DNA of 64,000 nucleotides, taken from Epithemia pelagica (Eukaryota > Protista > Bacillariophyta). The notes beneath the pieces are model-generated. The model did no database searches. It saw only the letters and a program-made list of their open reading frames with translations, and had not been told where the DNA came from. Numbering within the stretch: the first letter of the stretch is position 1; each line of letters begins with the position of its first letter. Shown piece by piece: positions 19,701 to 30,774 of this stretch. The DNA is taken from contig OX337228.1 of the NCBI GenBank assembly GCA_946965045.2, positions 3,844,001-3,908,000 on the forward strand. The letters are read 5' to 3'. The translations under genes were made by a program, and so were the position numbers.

Positions 19701-21658
19701 AAGCTAAAATCAGTGAAAAGAGGGCTACAGATGCGGAAGCACGAGCCTCTCGAGCGTTTGCTAGCGCTGCGAAAGACCGTGCCCGGTCTGACGAAGAAAC
19801 GCGCAAAGAAGAAGAACTAGAACACAAAGTAACGAGTCTTCTTGGAAAATGCAAGGATGCGGCCAAAACGGTGAAAGCGACTAGAGCACGATTGGACAAG
19901 GTGGCTGGTTCTCTAGACCGCGTCAATGATCAGATCAGCTTAATCGAGAGCAGCTCAACATACAGAAAAGAGGTACAAAACGGAACATATCCAACCGAAA
20001 CTGCTTCTAGACACGGGAGTAATTTTGTTGACAAGCATGTATCGAAGATTGCGGAGCGAGACACGCTGAAGAGGACGATGAGAGAATTAAAAAATGAGTT
20101 GGAGGCCGCCGAAGATGACAAGACCCGACTTCAGAATAAGTTCGAAGAGCTCAATCAAGTTCTGAGATTGCAGACTGAACTCGCGTCGAAAATGCGGAAA
20201 GTTGCCGATCGCAGTGCTCATGTCGCAGAGGAATTAGCCGAACATGCAGAAGAAGAGCGTGAGGCCGCCAACTTGCGGCACGTGGCTCGCGAACGCGCGG
20301 AAGAGAATGTTCAAAACCGTGGTACTCATAAAGAAAGTATACAAACACAATACCAGGAGGCTCAACGGGCGGCGTCTGAGGCCGCTACTCTTGCAGAAGA
20401 AAGCCGAAAGCGCGCAGATCAACTGGAACGTGATTTGGAGGGTGCCCATGATTTCAACCACCTTCTTCAAATTGTCGAAGAGAGAGAATGGACACGCAAT
20501 GAGGCCAAAGCTGACTATGATGCGGCAGTGAACCACAGACAACAAAAGGATGCTATCCTTTTGAAACAGAAGAAGATGTTTGAAGTTTCGGCGGAAGTCC
20601 GCAACAGTGCGAAAAGGGAGATCGAACAGGAAGAGGACCGAGTGAGAAATATCAAATATTATCACCAGGAGGCAATTGCTACCTACGATCAAGCAGTTCG
20701 GTTCCGTCGAGAGGCTGAGTTTGCAGCAAGTCAGGCCGAGTTCGCGAAAAGTTCCGTGATTGAGAAGACGAAGATTGCGCGACGAGCACGCGAATACATG
20801 AACAAAATGTCTCTTGTTGTGGAGATTCCACCCAGTCTCTCGGCGCAGACTCTGCTCCATTCTCTACGGTTCTACCACTGGCAAAAGAGTTCAGAACTCT
20901 GCAATGCCCAATACCACAGTATAGCATTTCACATTCTGCAGAAGATTGTGGAAAGCCACCCCGACCAAAATATCCGAAGTGCGCGGAAATTTACTGAAAC
21001 ACACATGTGTCGGGTATATCCATCATGGAAAGATACCAGAAGGAATAAGATTTCCAACTATGACCCCGTGTTTCCTTGGTCAATGGGATGTCAGCTGGTT
21101 TCGATGAACTACTGCTGTCCCGATGAACACCTTCTTGTTGCCGAAGGAATGTTTCGGAAAAATGGTAGTTGCGGTTATGTTTTGAAGCCACCACGTATGT
21201 TCGGACCAAGGAAAGAGGAGGCATATCAACGGTGGTCTGTCAAGATTCTCGGGGCCTACCATCTCCCCAAACATTCACACAGTGGTGGAAACCGAAGACT
21301 GAGCGGTCTAGCCATTAGACCGATTGTCCGGTTGACTTTGTTTTCTGGTGAAATGGGTGCTCTCCCTTTCACTTTTGAAACAAGATATAGCCGCAAACAT
21401 GGGACTGATCCTGTTCTTTTCTCTGAAGACAATGTATGTACGTTCGATGTGGGTAACCAGTGGGTTGCCATGGCAAGTTTTACGGTATGGGATAAATCTG
21501 CCGGAGAAGGTAAGCTTCAGTATATTGGAGGCGCCGCCATTCCGGTATCCTGTTTCCGCGAGGGGTACAGAAGCATTGCCTTGTTTGACGCTCATCATTC
21601 TCGTACGGGTCCATACAAGTTTGCTTCTATTCTTGTTTACGTATCAAGAAGTCATTAG
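16775..21658 (+). CDS. PI-phospholipase C-like protein (PH - X box - long coiled coil - Y box - C2), probably catalytically impaired; exons about 16775-17056 and 17252-21658
   Basis: X box RPLSHYYIATSH, RGVRCLELMVWDG, ENHCS. Y box RVYP, SNYDP, GCQLVSMNY, NGSCGYVLKP. C-terminal C2-like YIGGAAIPVSCFREGYR. Confidence 0.85.
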
Positions 21659-21778
21659 ACTTAAACTTGTATATTAGTTGATCTTAAGACTATTGGTTGT
21701 TTTCTATAATTGTGGGCTTCATGTTGATACCGTCGTTTCCATCTAATTCATCGGAAAAGCAGCTGGATCACACATGTT

Positions 21779-23377
21779 TCAACTCCTACCGACGGTTGGC
21801 ATGGTGACTCCTCCCAGGTCCGTTGGTTTGTGGGGCCAGTTGCTGGTAACAGTCTTGAGCTGTGTATAAAAGTGCACTCCCGATTTCCCATAAAAGTTGA
21901 TATCGCCACGAATACTGGCCTTGTTTCCAGTAAAGGAAAACATTGGTAATGGGACCGGAATGGGTACATTGACCCCCACTTGACCGACCTGGATCTCATG
22001 CGTGAATTTCCGTGCGGCGGCACCGGACGATGTAAAAATGGCGCAGCCGTTTCCATAGGGATTGGCATTGATGAGTTCAATGGCCTCTTCCAGTGACGAT
22101 GCACGTAGACATACCAATACTGGACCAAATATTTCTTCTGTGTAGGCAATGTTGTCGGTCGAATCAATGGATATCACAGTGGGACCCACATAGTTGCCAT
22201 CCTGGTCATCTGGGACGTTGCATTCACGACCATCCAAAAGGAGTTGGGAGCCTTGTTGTACAGACTGTTCAATAATGCTGTGGACTCGTTCTTTGGACGC
22301 TTTTGAAATGAGCGGTCCAATGTCCACTCCCTCTTTCCATCCAGGCCCCACCGTGAGTTTGGATGCTTGCGCGCAAACCTCATCCAGCCATGAGTGCGTC
22401 GATTCACCAACCAGAATCAATGTGGAGAGTGCCATACATCGTTGTCCGGCGGCACCAAAGCCTGCTCCCACAAGTGCTTTAATGACAGCATCACGATCTG
22501 CATCGGGCAGAACTACGCCATGATTCTTGGCTCCCATATTGGATTGCACTCTTTTCCCATGCAATGTGCCCTCCTGGTAAATGTATTCTCCCGCTGCATT
22601 ACTACCCACAAAGGAAATGGCTTGAATATCCTTGTGCTGACAGATTCGTGTGACAGTGTCGGCTCCTCCATGTACAACTTGCAAAACATTGTTGGGTAAA
22701 CCAGCTTGCCGGGCCAAGTCGGCCAAGAGCATACTCGCGCTGGGTGTCTTTTCGCTCGGTTTGAGAAGAAAGGTATTGCCCGCTGTAATGGCCACGGGAA
22801 ACATCCACAGGGGAATCATGGCGGGAAAATTAAAAGGACAAATACCCGCACAGACACCGAGTGGATACCGGTAGGAATGACAATCCATATTGGCCGCAAT
22901 CGAAGGCAAGGTGTCACCCAACAAATGGGGTGCCATGTGACAGGCCGTTTCGACAATCTCCAATCCGCGAAAGACGTCGCCTCGGGCATCGGCTAGTGTT
23001 TTGCCATTTTCGAGACAAATCCATGCGGCCAGGTCCTCTGTATGGTCACGAATCAGTCGTTGATACTCCATCATGACGCGTTGTCGGTGCTGGATCGACA
23101 CTTGCATCCATTCGCGTTGGGCCACGACGGCCCTATCTACCATTTGATCAAACTCGTCGCTCGTGTTGTTGGGAACAAGTCCGATTAGTTCTTGTGTAGC
23201 AGGGTTGTGGACAGGGATGGTCGAATCGGAACTGGATGGTACAAACTCATTTGCCACAAAGTTTTGATAGCGTTTGTTCTCCAGCCATGCGGCGTTCTCC
23301 AATGCGGGAGGAAAGGACGAAAACAACCGATGACGTAGTTGCAAGGGCCTGCGGAGAGTTAAAGCTCTGTTCCACAT
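21779..23377 (-). CDS. ALDH6A1: Methylmalonate-semialdehyde dehydrogenase (CoA-acylating), mitochondrial
   Basis: [51 protein letters not shown]. Arg-rich presequence from ATG 23377. Confidence 0.95.
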   Translation of the reverse strand: MWNRALTLRRPLQLRHRLFSSFPPALENAAWLENKRYQNFVANEFVPSSSDSTIPVHNPATQELIGLVPNNTSDEFDQMVDRAVVAQREWMQVSIQHRQRVMMEYQRLIRDHTEDLAAWICLENGKTLADARGDVFRGLEIVETACHMAPHLLGDTLPSIAANMDCHSYRYPLGVCAGICPFNFPAMIPLWMFPVAITAGNTFLLKPSEKTPSASMLLADLARQAGLPNNVLQVVHGGADTVTRICQHKDIQAISFVGSNAAGEYIYQEGTLHGKRVQSNMGAKNHGVVLPDADRDAVIKALVGAGFGAAGQRCMALSTLILVGESTHSWLDEVCAQASKLTVGPGWKEGVDIGPLISKASKERVHSIIEQSVQQGSQLLLDGRECNVPDDQDGNYVGPTVISIDSTDNIAYTEEIFGPVLVCLRASSLEEAIELINANPYGNGCAIFTSSGAAARKFTHEIQVGQVGVNVPIPVPLPMFSFTGNKASIRGDINFYGKSGVHFYTQLKTVTSNWPHKPTDLGGVTMPTVGRS

Positions 23378-24002
23378 GAGATGGTCTCGAGTCTTCCAAA
23401 CACTGGTTTGCTTGTGGAGATGATACTCAAAGACCTTGAAATGAGAACAAGACGAGAGAGGAGAGAAGACAGCCGTTGTCCCGTCGAAATGAGATTGACA
23501 TCTGTCGTCTGTCGCTTCCGAATTCGGCTCTGTGTGCTGTGTGGGTGGTGTTCGTCGAACCAGACGCGATTCATAGTCGCTTATAGATAGCTCTTGAGTT
23601 TGGTTCGGGATTCGGGATTTCCCCCGACGCCCGACGACGCACCGAATACTCCTCGGGCGTCGAGCATCAGTCAACTCGACCGGCTGGTACCTCGTGTCTC
23701 GAAGAAAGAAAAGAAGCTCGCGACAGATGGGGGAGAAAGGGCAGGAGTTGGAACGAACAACCACCGCAGCAAACCACACACACAGAAGAAGATTGAGAAC
23801 GAACAACAACAACACAACACACACCACGAAACACTGAGCGATAAAAAATATATACAGTGTGTCGTTCCTACGAGGCTCCTCCCAATCAGCCGTATTGAAA
23901 AGCAGCAACACCGTTTGCTTCGACTCTAGTACAAGTGAAAATGAGTCAACTATCTATACCACATGCGGGACAGCGTCGCTTCCATGTAAGTAGTAGGTAG
24001 AA

Positions 24003-26393
24003 ATGATGGTCTTGATGCAGGTTATCAGAGAGAGTCAAACGTTTTGGTACGAGGTCGTAATTTCTCTCATTCAAATATTACCTTTGTCGTTCTTGTCGTG
24101 TGAAATCAATGGGCAGGATTATCCAAAGCTGAGAGAACTGCATCGAGGGAAGCTGTCCTTTTCCAGTCCCTATGCTGGTTTGGGATCCGACCAACCATTC
24201 TTTACAATGGAAGCAGGTCTGCCATCACAACAAACTCGAACCATCTTCACGACTCTTTGGAAGGCACGTGGCGAAATGCAATTACGCACAATGGCGAGAC
24301 AAGCGGCCGAATCTCCAGATGATGTAGTGACTCAAACGCAGTATTGGCACATGTTGCTCAACCAACATGGGCCGCATGCGCTCTTGTCGCAGATGCGCAA
24401 CCCACAAACAGCGATTTCGAGGGAAATGGCAATCTTGTATCTTCAAGCCTTGCAACGCACTGGACAATACAACTATTTGAATACCGATGAGCTTTTTCGA
24501 CGACTCCAACGGGGAGGAGAAAACCCCGAGACAACTCAACAGTGGAAAGACATTGTTTCGGAACAACGAAGTAGCAAGAGCAACCAAGTAGGTCTCCTGT
24601 TGTCGCTCTTGCAAACAGGCGTCGCCGCTGGAGCGGGTGCGGGAGCTCTTGGTGCCGGCATGACGGCTGGTCATTTGGGAATGGCTGGGGCAGGCGCCTC
24701 TTCCATGTCCAGTTACGGAATGGGACAAGGAAGTGAGAAGCAACCCCTCCATGTAATTGTCAAGGAACAGGCCCCGTCCTTCCTTCGAACCTTGGGAACC
24801 TTTGCCTTTCGAATGGCCATTTTCTTTGTGGGTGTCTCGGCCATTGGTGCCCTCATTGATAGTCAGGGCTTTGGGCGGGGCAACCCCTTTAACCAAAACA
24901 GCAAGCATATTCAAGAAGCCAGTGAAACACAAGTCAAATTTGAGGATGTCAAAGGAGTCGATGAAGCCAAGGCCGATCTCGAAGAGATTGTGTTGTACCT
25001 TCAAGATCCGGACCGGTTCACACGTTTGGGTGGAAAGTTGCCTCGTGGTGTCCTCTTGACGGGCCCACCGGGAACCGGGAAAACCCTCTTGGCCAAAGCA
25101 ATTGCCGGTGAAGCTAATGTGCCTTTCTTTTATGCTTCGGGGAGTCAATTTGAAGAAGTCTATGTTGGTTTGGGTGCCAAACGTATTCGAGAATTGTTCG
25201 AAGCGGCCAAGAAGAAAAAGAATGCCATCATTTTTATTGATGAAATTGATGCAGTCGGTGGAACGCGTAAACTCAAGGACCAATCTGCGCTGAAAATGAC
25301 ACTGAATGAGCTTCTTGTCCAAATGGACGGTTTCGATTCGAACGATGGTATCATTGTGATTGGTGCAACAAATTTTGTAGAGTCTCTGGATGCTGCTTTG
25401 TTGCGTCCTGGTCGATTTGACAAACATGTGACGGTTCCCCTTCCCGATGTCGGAGGTCGCAAAGCCATTCTCGAAATGTATTCCAAAAAGACCCGTCTGG
25501 CCGAAGATGTCGATTTGAGTGTCCTTGCCCGGGGAACGGTAGGAATGAGCGGAGCTGATTTGTACAACTTGATAAATCAAGCGGCTCTCAAAGCGTCAGT
25601 GGATGGACTCACATCGATTACCATGTCGGTGATGGAATATGCCAAGGACAAAATTCTCATGGGGGCGGAACGGAAAACGGCTGTTATCACCAAAGAAACA
25701 GCGCGAAACACAGCCTATCATGAAGCGGGCCATGCGCTTGTGGGGGTGTTGACGGCTGGAGCCATGCCAATTCACAAAGCGACCATTATGCCACGTGGAC
25801 CATCACTTGGTATGGTCAGCATGCTTCCAGAGGGTGACCAAACCAGTCAATCGAAAAAGCAAATGCTTGCAATGTTGGATGTGACCATGGGAGGTCGAGC
25901 GGCCGAAGAACTTGTTTTCGGAGACAATGAAGTCACATCGGGCGCGTCCAACGATATTCAACAAGCCACGAGAATTGCCCGCGCAATGGTAACAAAGTTT
26001 GGATTTTCCGACGAAATTGGAATCGTTTATCATGGTGGAGACAGTGGACAAGAGGCATCGGCCGAAACGCGAGCCTTGGTGGACGCGGAGGTGAAAAAGA
26101 TTACACAGGCCGCCTATCGACGTGCCAAGTCGTTGCTGACAAAATACGCCGACCGACACAAGCTCTTGGCGGAGACTCTGTTGGAGTATGAGACCTTGAC
26201 AGGGGAGGAAGTAAGAGACGTGGTTCGTCATGGAAGAAAGCCAAAACGTTCAGTGATTAACAAATCAGGGGGTGAACGAGGCGACACTTCGGTAATTGAC
26301 GGAAAGAAGAACAAACGAGGGAATAGTGGCAGAGGCTCGAAATCGTTTTTGCCAGGTATGGGAAAGACGAGAACAGAGAGTGACACAAGCTAA
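24003..26393 (+). CDS. YME1: i-AAA ATP-dependent zinc metalloprotease (YME1/FtsH family)
   Basis: One TM segment, Walker A GPPGTGKT, Walker [26 protein letters not shown]. The true start probably lies in a short upstream exon near 23941. Confidence 0.93.
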   Translation: MMVLMQVIRESQTFWYEVVISLIQILPLSFLSCEINGQDYPKLRELHRGKLSFSSPYAGLGSDQPFFTMEAGLPSQQTRTIFTTLWKARGEMQLRTMARQAAESPDDVVTQTQYWHMLLNQHGPHALLSQMRNPQTAISREMAILYLQALQRTGQYNYLNTDELFRRLQRGGENPETTQQWKDIVSEQRSSKSNQVGLLLSLLQTGVAAGAGAGALGAGMTAGHLGMAGAGASSMSSYGMGQGSEKQPLHVIVKEQAPSFLRTLGTFAFRMAIFFVGVSAIGALIDSQGFGRGNPFNQNSKHIQEASETQVKFEDVKGVDEAKADLEEIVLYLQDPDRFTRLGGKLPRGVLLTGPPGTGKTLLAKAIAGEANVPFFYASGSQFEEVYVGLGAKRIRELFEAAKKKKNAIIFIDEIDAVGGTRKLKDQSALKMTLNELLVQMDGFDSNDGIIVIGATNFVESLDAALLRPGRFDKHVTVPLPDVGGRKAILEMYSKKTRLAEDVDLSVLARGTVGMSGADLYNLINQAALKASVDGLTSITMSVMEYAKDKILMGAERKTAVITKETARNTAYHEAGHALVGVLTAGAMPIHKATIMPRGPSLGMVSMLPEGDQTSQSKKQMLAMLDVTMGGRAAEELVFGDNEVTSGASNDIQQATRIARAMVTKFGFSDEIGIVYHGGDSGQEASAETRALVDAEVKKITQAAYRRAKSLLTKYADRHKLLAETLLEYETLTGEEVRDVVRHGRKPKRSVINKSGGERGDTSVIDGKKNKRGNSGRGSKSFLPGMGKTRTESDTS

Positions 26394-26705
26394 ACCTTTT
26401 CATGAATGACTGAACTGAAGATCACGCGAATTTGATGGCACTACAACATGAACTGTTGATGTGTCCATTCTCATGCGTTCGTATGTTGAATTTCTTATAG
26501 AGACAATTGTATGACAAGTACAACAAGAAGAAAAGTCCATTGCAAAACGAGCGTAGCTGTTGTCATTTGTCTTGGAGTGGTCTATCCCACCACCCGCTTA
26601 CACTCATCTATGCAGTAGTACAATTCTCCATGGTGCATTCTTTTCGCCATCATCATCATCCTATTACATCATTTTTCTCTCCTCTCTCTTTCACTTAAAT
26701 GGTTT

Positions 26706-27324
26706 CTACAACAAAATACAGCATTCCCCGCCGGCGTTACCGATCTTTAACAGTTCCACTTCGAAGTCCAAATCCGCATTGGGAGGAATTACCCCTCCTG
26801 CACCTCGACTTCCATAGCCGTAATCTGATGAAATGTGTAAAGTGGCCTGTTCGTTTCCACGACAGAGGGAAGTTGTGTTTAGAAACAGTGAGCGCTTGGT
26901 ACCAAGAAAAGAAAAGTCATATCCTACCTTTTCACCCAGGCTCATTTCCATAACTCCTTCATCCCATCCTTTAATAACATCTCCACGGCCAATCACAAAT
27001 TCAAATGGCTTTTTACGGTCATAGGAACTGTCAAACTTAGTTCCATCGGATGCCAGCGTTCCCTTATAATGCATCGTTAAACTGTCTCCCTTTTTGGGAC
27101 TGTTATGAAAAAAGAGCAAAATGTAAAAACGATTATTGACTGAGCCGACATAGAGCTCACATAGTCGGTTTCATCGTTCACGTACTAGGTTTTTCCATCT
27201 CCTGCCTTGATGATATCCTGGAAAACAAGAGAAAAACGAAAGAATCAAGATCGTTGAGAGACTGCATGACGACAGCCAACTTGGACAGGTATGGAAACCA
27301 TTAACCAACCTTTGTGACACCCAT
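26706..27324 (-). CDS. FKBP12: FKBP12-type peptidyl-prolyl isomerase, paralog A (4 exons), C-terminal CCILL
   Basis: Spliced [27 protein letters not shown]...FDSS...VIKGWDEGV...[15 protein letters not shown]...[14 protein letters not shown]. Three GT-AG introns. Confidence 0.92.
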
Positions 27325-27787
27325 GATGATGTATATCTATGATCTTTGCCGCAATAGGACCACTGTCGATAGTCGATAGCGTTAGGGTTGGTGGTCTTGT
27401 TGTTTGTTGCATCCAACGGAACAATACGCGAACACGAACACGCCCAAAGATTTTTTGCAGAAGCAGACCAATCCTCAACCTCAGCGTTGGATTCGGCTTA
27501 AATTCTAGAGGCATGCTATCCTATTAACATGCATCAGTGCTTGAGTGTATAGGCAGGTATCTTTTGCCTTTTTTGCTATATCGTCTATCGTCCGCATCCG
27601 CATTGGGTTGTCTATCACTTCTTTACTCCTACGAACTGTCCAGAGAAACCCATGCTTGTATCATTAAGCCTATACCCGATGCATACCAAAAACCCAACCA
27701 CTACCTGTAGACGGCCAAAGCTTGATGAATGCGTCAATCGATGATCTTCATGGAGCAGCATTATTCCCTCCAACGAAACGAATCTAT

Positions 27788-28226
27788 CTAAGCTGCCCCA
27801 ATACCTTGTCCATTGATTTCCAATACCTCGACCTCGAATACGAGGTCGGCATTGGGGGGAATTACCCCTCCGGCTCCCCTGGCGCCGTATCCATAATCGG
27901 AGGTGATTCGTAAAATGGCCTTTTCCCCCAGACTCATTTGCATCACACCTTCGTCCCAACCACGAATAACTTGACCAATCCCAATTGTGAAGCGGAAGGG
28001 TCTACCCTTCTTTATGGACGAGTCAAATTGAGATCCGTTGGACGCCAGTGTCCCCACATAATGCATCGTCATCTTATCCTGCAAAAGAAATGATTTCCAA
28101 AAGGAGTTCAAGTGAGTTCTGTAATTGAGTCTGTATTGTAGACTTCACACGGGATTCTGTACGTACTCCTGGTTTCGGGAAGGTTTTCCCATCTCCATTC
28201 TGCAATACCTCTTTTGTTACTCCCAT
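27788..28226 (-). CDS. FKBP12: FKBP12-type peptidyl-prolyl isomerase, paralog B (exons 28226-28167, 28078-27788)
   Basis: [31 protein letters not shown]...VIRGWDEGV...[25 protein letters not shown]. Confidence 0.94.
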
Positions 28227-28289
28227 CGTGTTGTCGTTTGTCGTCTCTTCTGGAAAAATCTCGCTTGCAAATTTTGTAGCGGGAACCAG

Positions 28290-28463
28290 TGAATAAATCC
28301 CGCCAACAGGTCGCATATTGGCGGATACATCGTCGCATATTGGCGAATATGCATCGCCTACATATGCTGCTACGCATCTAGTTTTCTAGTCATAATTTTG
28401 ATCTAGCCACTTGTTGCACGCCGTATACACCGTGTTGTAGCGTGTAGTGGCAGGATTTATACA
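28290..28463 (+). repeat. 5' LTR of copy 2
   Basis: 174 bp, TG...CA, one substitution versus the copy 1 LTRs. Confidence 0.97.
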
Positions 28464-28486
28464 GTTTATCAGACCCAAATCGCAGA

Positions 28487-28558
28487 GCCGCAGTGGTTTA
28501 GCTGGTAAACGTTTCCTGTTGGCTCGTGGTGCCAGGGGTTCGAATCCCCTCAGACTCA
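28487..28558 (+). ncRNA. tRNA-like module with Pol III A and B boxes, copy 2
   Basis: Same as 749-820, except the D stem is fully Watson-Crick (GTTT/AAAC). First T4+ run downstream is T6 at 28737-28742. Confidence 0.6.
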
Positions 28559-29235
28559 GCTTTAAGTTAAGACTCCCAATTTCTGGGGGCCGCCATATTT
28601 GGGGTGTATGGTACAAGACGTTTCCCCGCTGGTTAAAAGTGCATGTTCTTCTCAAGGGTGGCCGATCAATCCCGGTCGACTGGGATTCACCGCCTTGTAC
28701 ATATGCTATATGCCAATGCACGGGGGAACTAATATGTTTTTTGTCTAACTCACCAACTATGCTAGCTAAGCTATGCATCATGTGAAACTCCTTGGAGTCT
28801 TGCTCTCTGCCTTTTGCCCGTACTGGCAGCGGCTGATCACCGCTTGGGAGTGTTCGCGCTAAGCTACTCGTCACGGTATGCTTGCGGCACTACTTATAGT
28901 TCACACTCGTGATGTGTGACCCATGGCACTCTCCCATGTGACGGGGAGCACTCGCTTAAGTGAGCGATTGTTTTGGTAATCTTTTCTCCAAACATGAAAA
29001 TATAGATACCTCCTTTTGCACTGTGCCGACGCACACGTCCTAAGTATTTGTTCTCTGCCGACTGCAGCGCAAACGCAAGTCGACACTACTTGTGCACCTT
29101 AATTCCAGGTAGAATCGCGAAATCTGCGATCTGCATCACCTTTTGGCAATGCCTCCACACTTCTGTGTTTTTGCCTGTGTTTTGCTCTGAACCTCTCCTG
29201 CTCCTAGCTCTCTTGCTTTCCTTTTGCCTTCCACC

Positions 29236-30774
29236 ATGTCTTCATCCACTGCCCCTGAAAATCCCAAGGAAGATTTCAAGGCTGCCGTCAAACGCTGTGG
29301 ATACAATGATGCCACCGTGACCTACATCATTGAGCAGGGTTTTGATGATGCTCAATCGTTCATGACTGTTGCGGTCCATCAAGTGCCGTCGATGTTGAAG
29401 ATGATGGCGAAGACCCCTCCAGAGAACGGGGCCTTTCCCTTCAGTGCTAACCTGCAGCTCCACGGCTTCCGAATGTGGCTCGAATACCGTTCGTCTCGTG
29501 GTCAGGCTCTTAAAGTCTCACTTTTCTCTGATCCGCCCCTGATCAAGAAATGGACCAAACGTACCCAGGAACTGTTTGCACTCAACAAGGAAGTTGCCTC
29601 CGATGAACTGACCCCACCGAAAGAGTTGACTTCGTTTTCTCAGTGGGAGGTGTTTAACGATGCCTTGCTCACGATCCTCGCACAGCATCGCAATCCCACA
29701 ACGGGTGTCCCTTTGACATACGTCCTTCGTGAAACTAAGCCTGTTGGTTCTGAAGCAAGGAATGCTGCCTACGATACTATCGATGACGATTTGATTGCTA
29801 CTACTATCCTGCAAGGTGATCAGTATGCCCTTGACAATCAACGCGTCTTCACACTGATGAAACCTTTTCTTGTTGGCGGACCTGGCCTGACGTTCATCAA
29901 GCCACACCAGAAGAAGAAGGACGGCCGTGAAGCGTATCTTGCGTTGACTCGCCAAGCTACTGGAACAGCAGCTGTCACCATCCGCAAGAAAGAAGCATAC
30001 ATTGCTATTGCCGACGCGAAGTTTACAGGCCGCGGTCGTTTCTCGTATCAACAATATGTTCACCGCCATCAGAAAGCTCATAATACGTTGGCTGAACTTG
30101 ATGAACCCGTTGCCGAAACCAAAAAGGTAACCGATTTCCTCAAAGGTATATCGGATCCCTCTTTGGCGGCGGGGAAGACGGTCGTCAACGGTGACGCAGC
30201 AAAGCTTTCTGATTTTGAAGCATGCCAGCAGTATTTTGGCACGTTGATTGCTGCATCCCGTACCGACAAGACCAATGACGAGAATCGAAAGATTGCTGGT
30301 GTGGGTACGACTAAGACTAGTGGAAAGAAGAATGGTCGTAACAAGCAGAATAAAAAGAAGACGCGTCATTACAGTTTGGATGAATGGCGCAAGCTCTCTG
30401 ATGAAGAGAAGGCCGAAATCCTCCGTGCCCGTAAAGAACAGAAAGACGCTAATGGAAAGCGCAAGGCCGGAGCCGTGCGCACTGAAGATGAAAATGGCTC
30501 TCGCAAGTTGAGTAAAACTGAAACTCCAAAGTCTGATGACATGAAATTGGAGACCACTGACCTGGATGGCGACGACGCGCCGAACCATTCCGAGCCTGAT
30601 CCTCCTGTTGCTGATGAACCGACTGTTCCCAAAACCTCAGCCGGAAACAGTTTCGGACGCTTTGCCCATAGTAAAAAAGGATCTACAAAGCCGCACAACC
30701 CTGATGAAACCAAGGAGCCTACAACTGCCGTTGCGAAAGCTGCCCTTGCTGATAAGGCCACAAAGCAGACCTGA
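29236..30774 (+). CDS. gag: Gag of copia element copy 2
   Basis: Open ORF, 12 bp longer than copy 1 (NPTTGVPLTY). Ends at the same in-frame TGA. Confidence 0.9.
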   Translation: MSSSTAPENPKEDFKAAVKRCGYNDATVTYIIEQGFDDAQSFMTVAVHQVPSMLKMMAKTPPENGAFPFSANLQLHGFRMWLEYRSSRGQALKVSLFSDPPLIKKWTKRTQELFALNKEVASDELTPPKELTSFSQWEVFNDALLTILAQHRNPTTGVPLTYVLRETKPVGSEARNAAYDTIDDDLIATTILQGDQYALDNQRVFTLMKPFLVGGPGLTFIKPHQKKKDGREAYLALTRQATGTAAVTIRKKEAYIAIADAKFTGRGRFSYQQYVHRHQKAHNTLAELDEPVAETKKVTDFLKGISDPSLAAGKTVVNGDAAKLSDFEACQQYFGTLIAASRTDKTNDENRKIAGVGTTKTSGKKNGRNKQNKKKTRHYSLDEWRKLSDEEKAEILRARKEQKDANGKRKAGAVRTEDENGSRKLSKTETPKSDDMKLETTDLDGDDAPNHSEPDPPVADEPTVPKTSAGNSFGRFAHSKKGSTKPHNPDETKEPTTAVAKAALADKATKQT

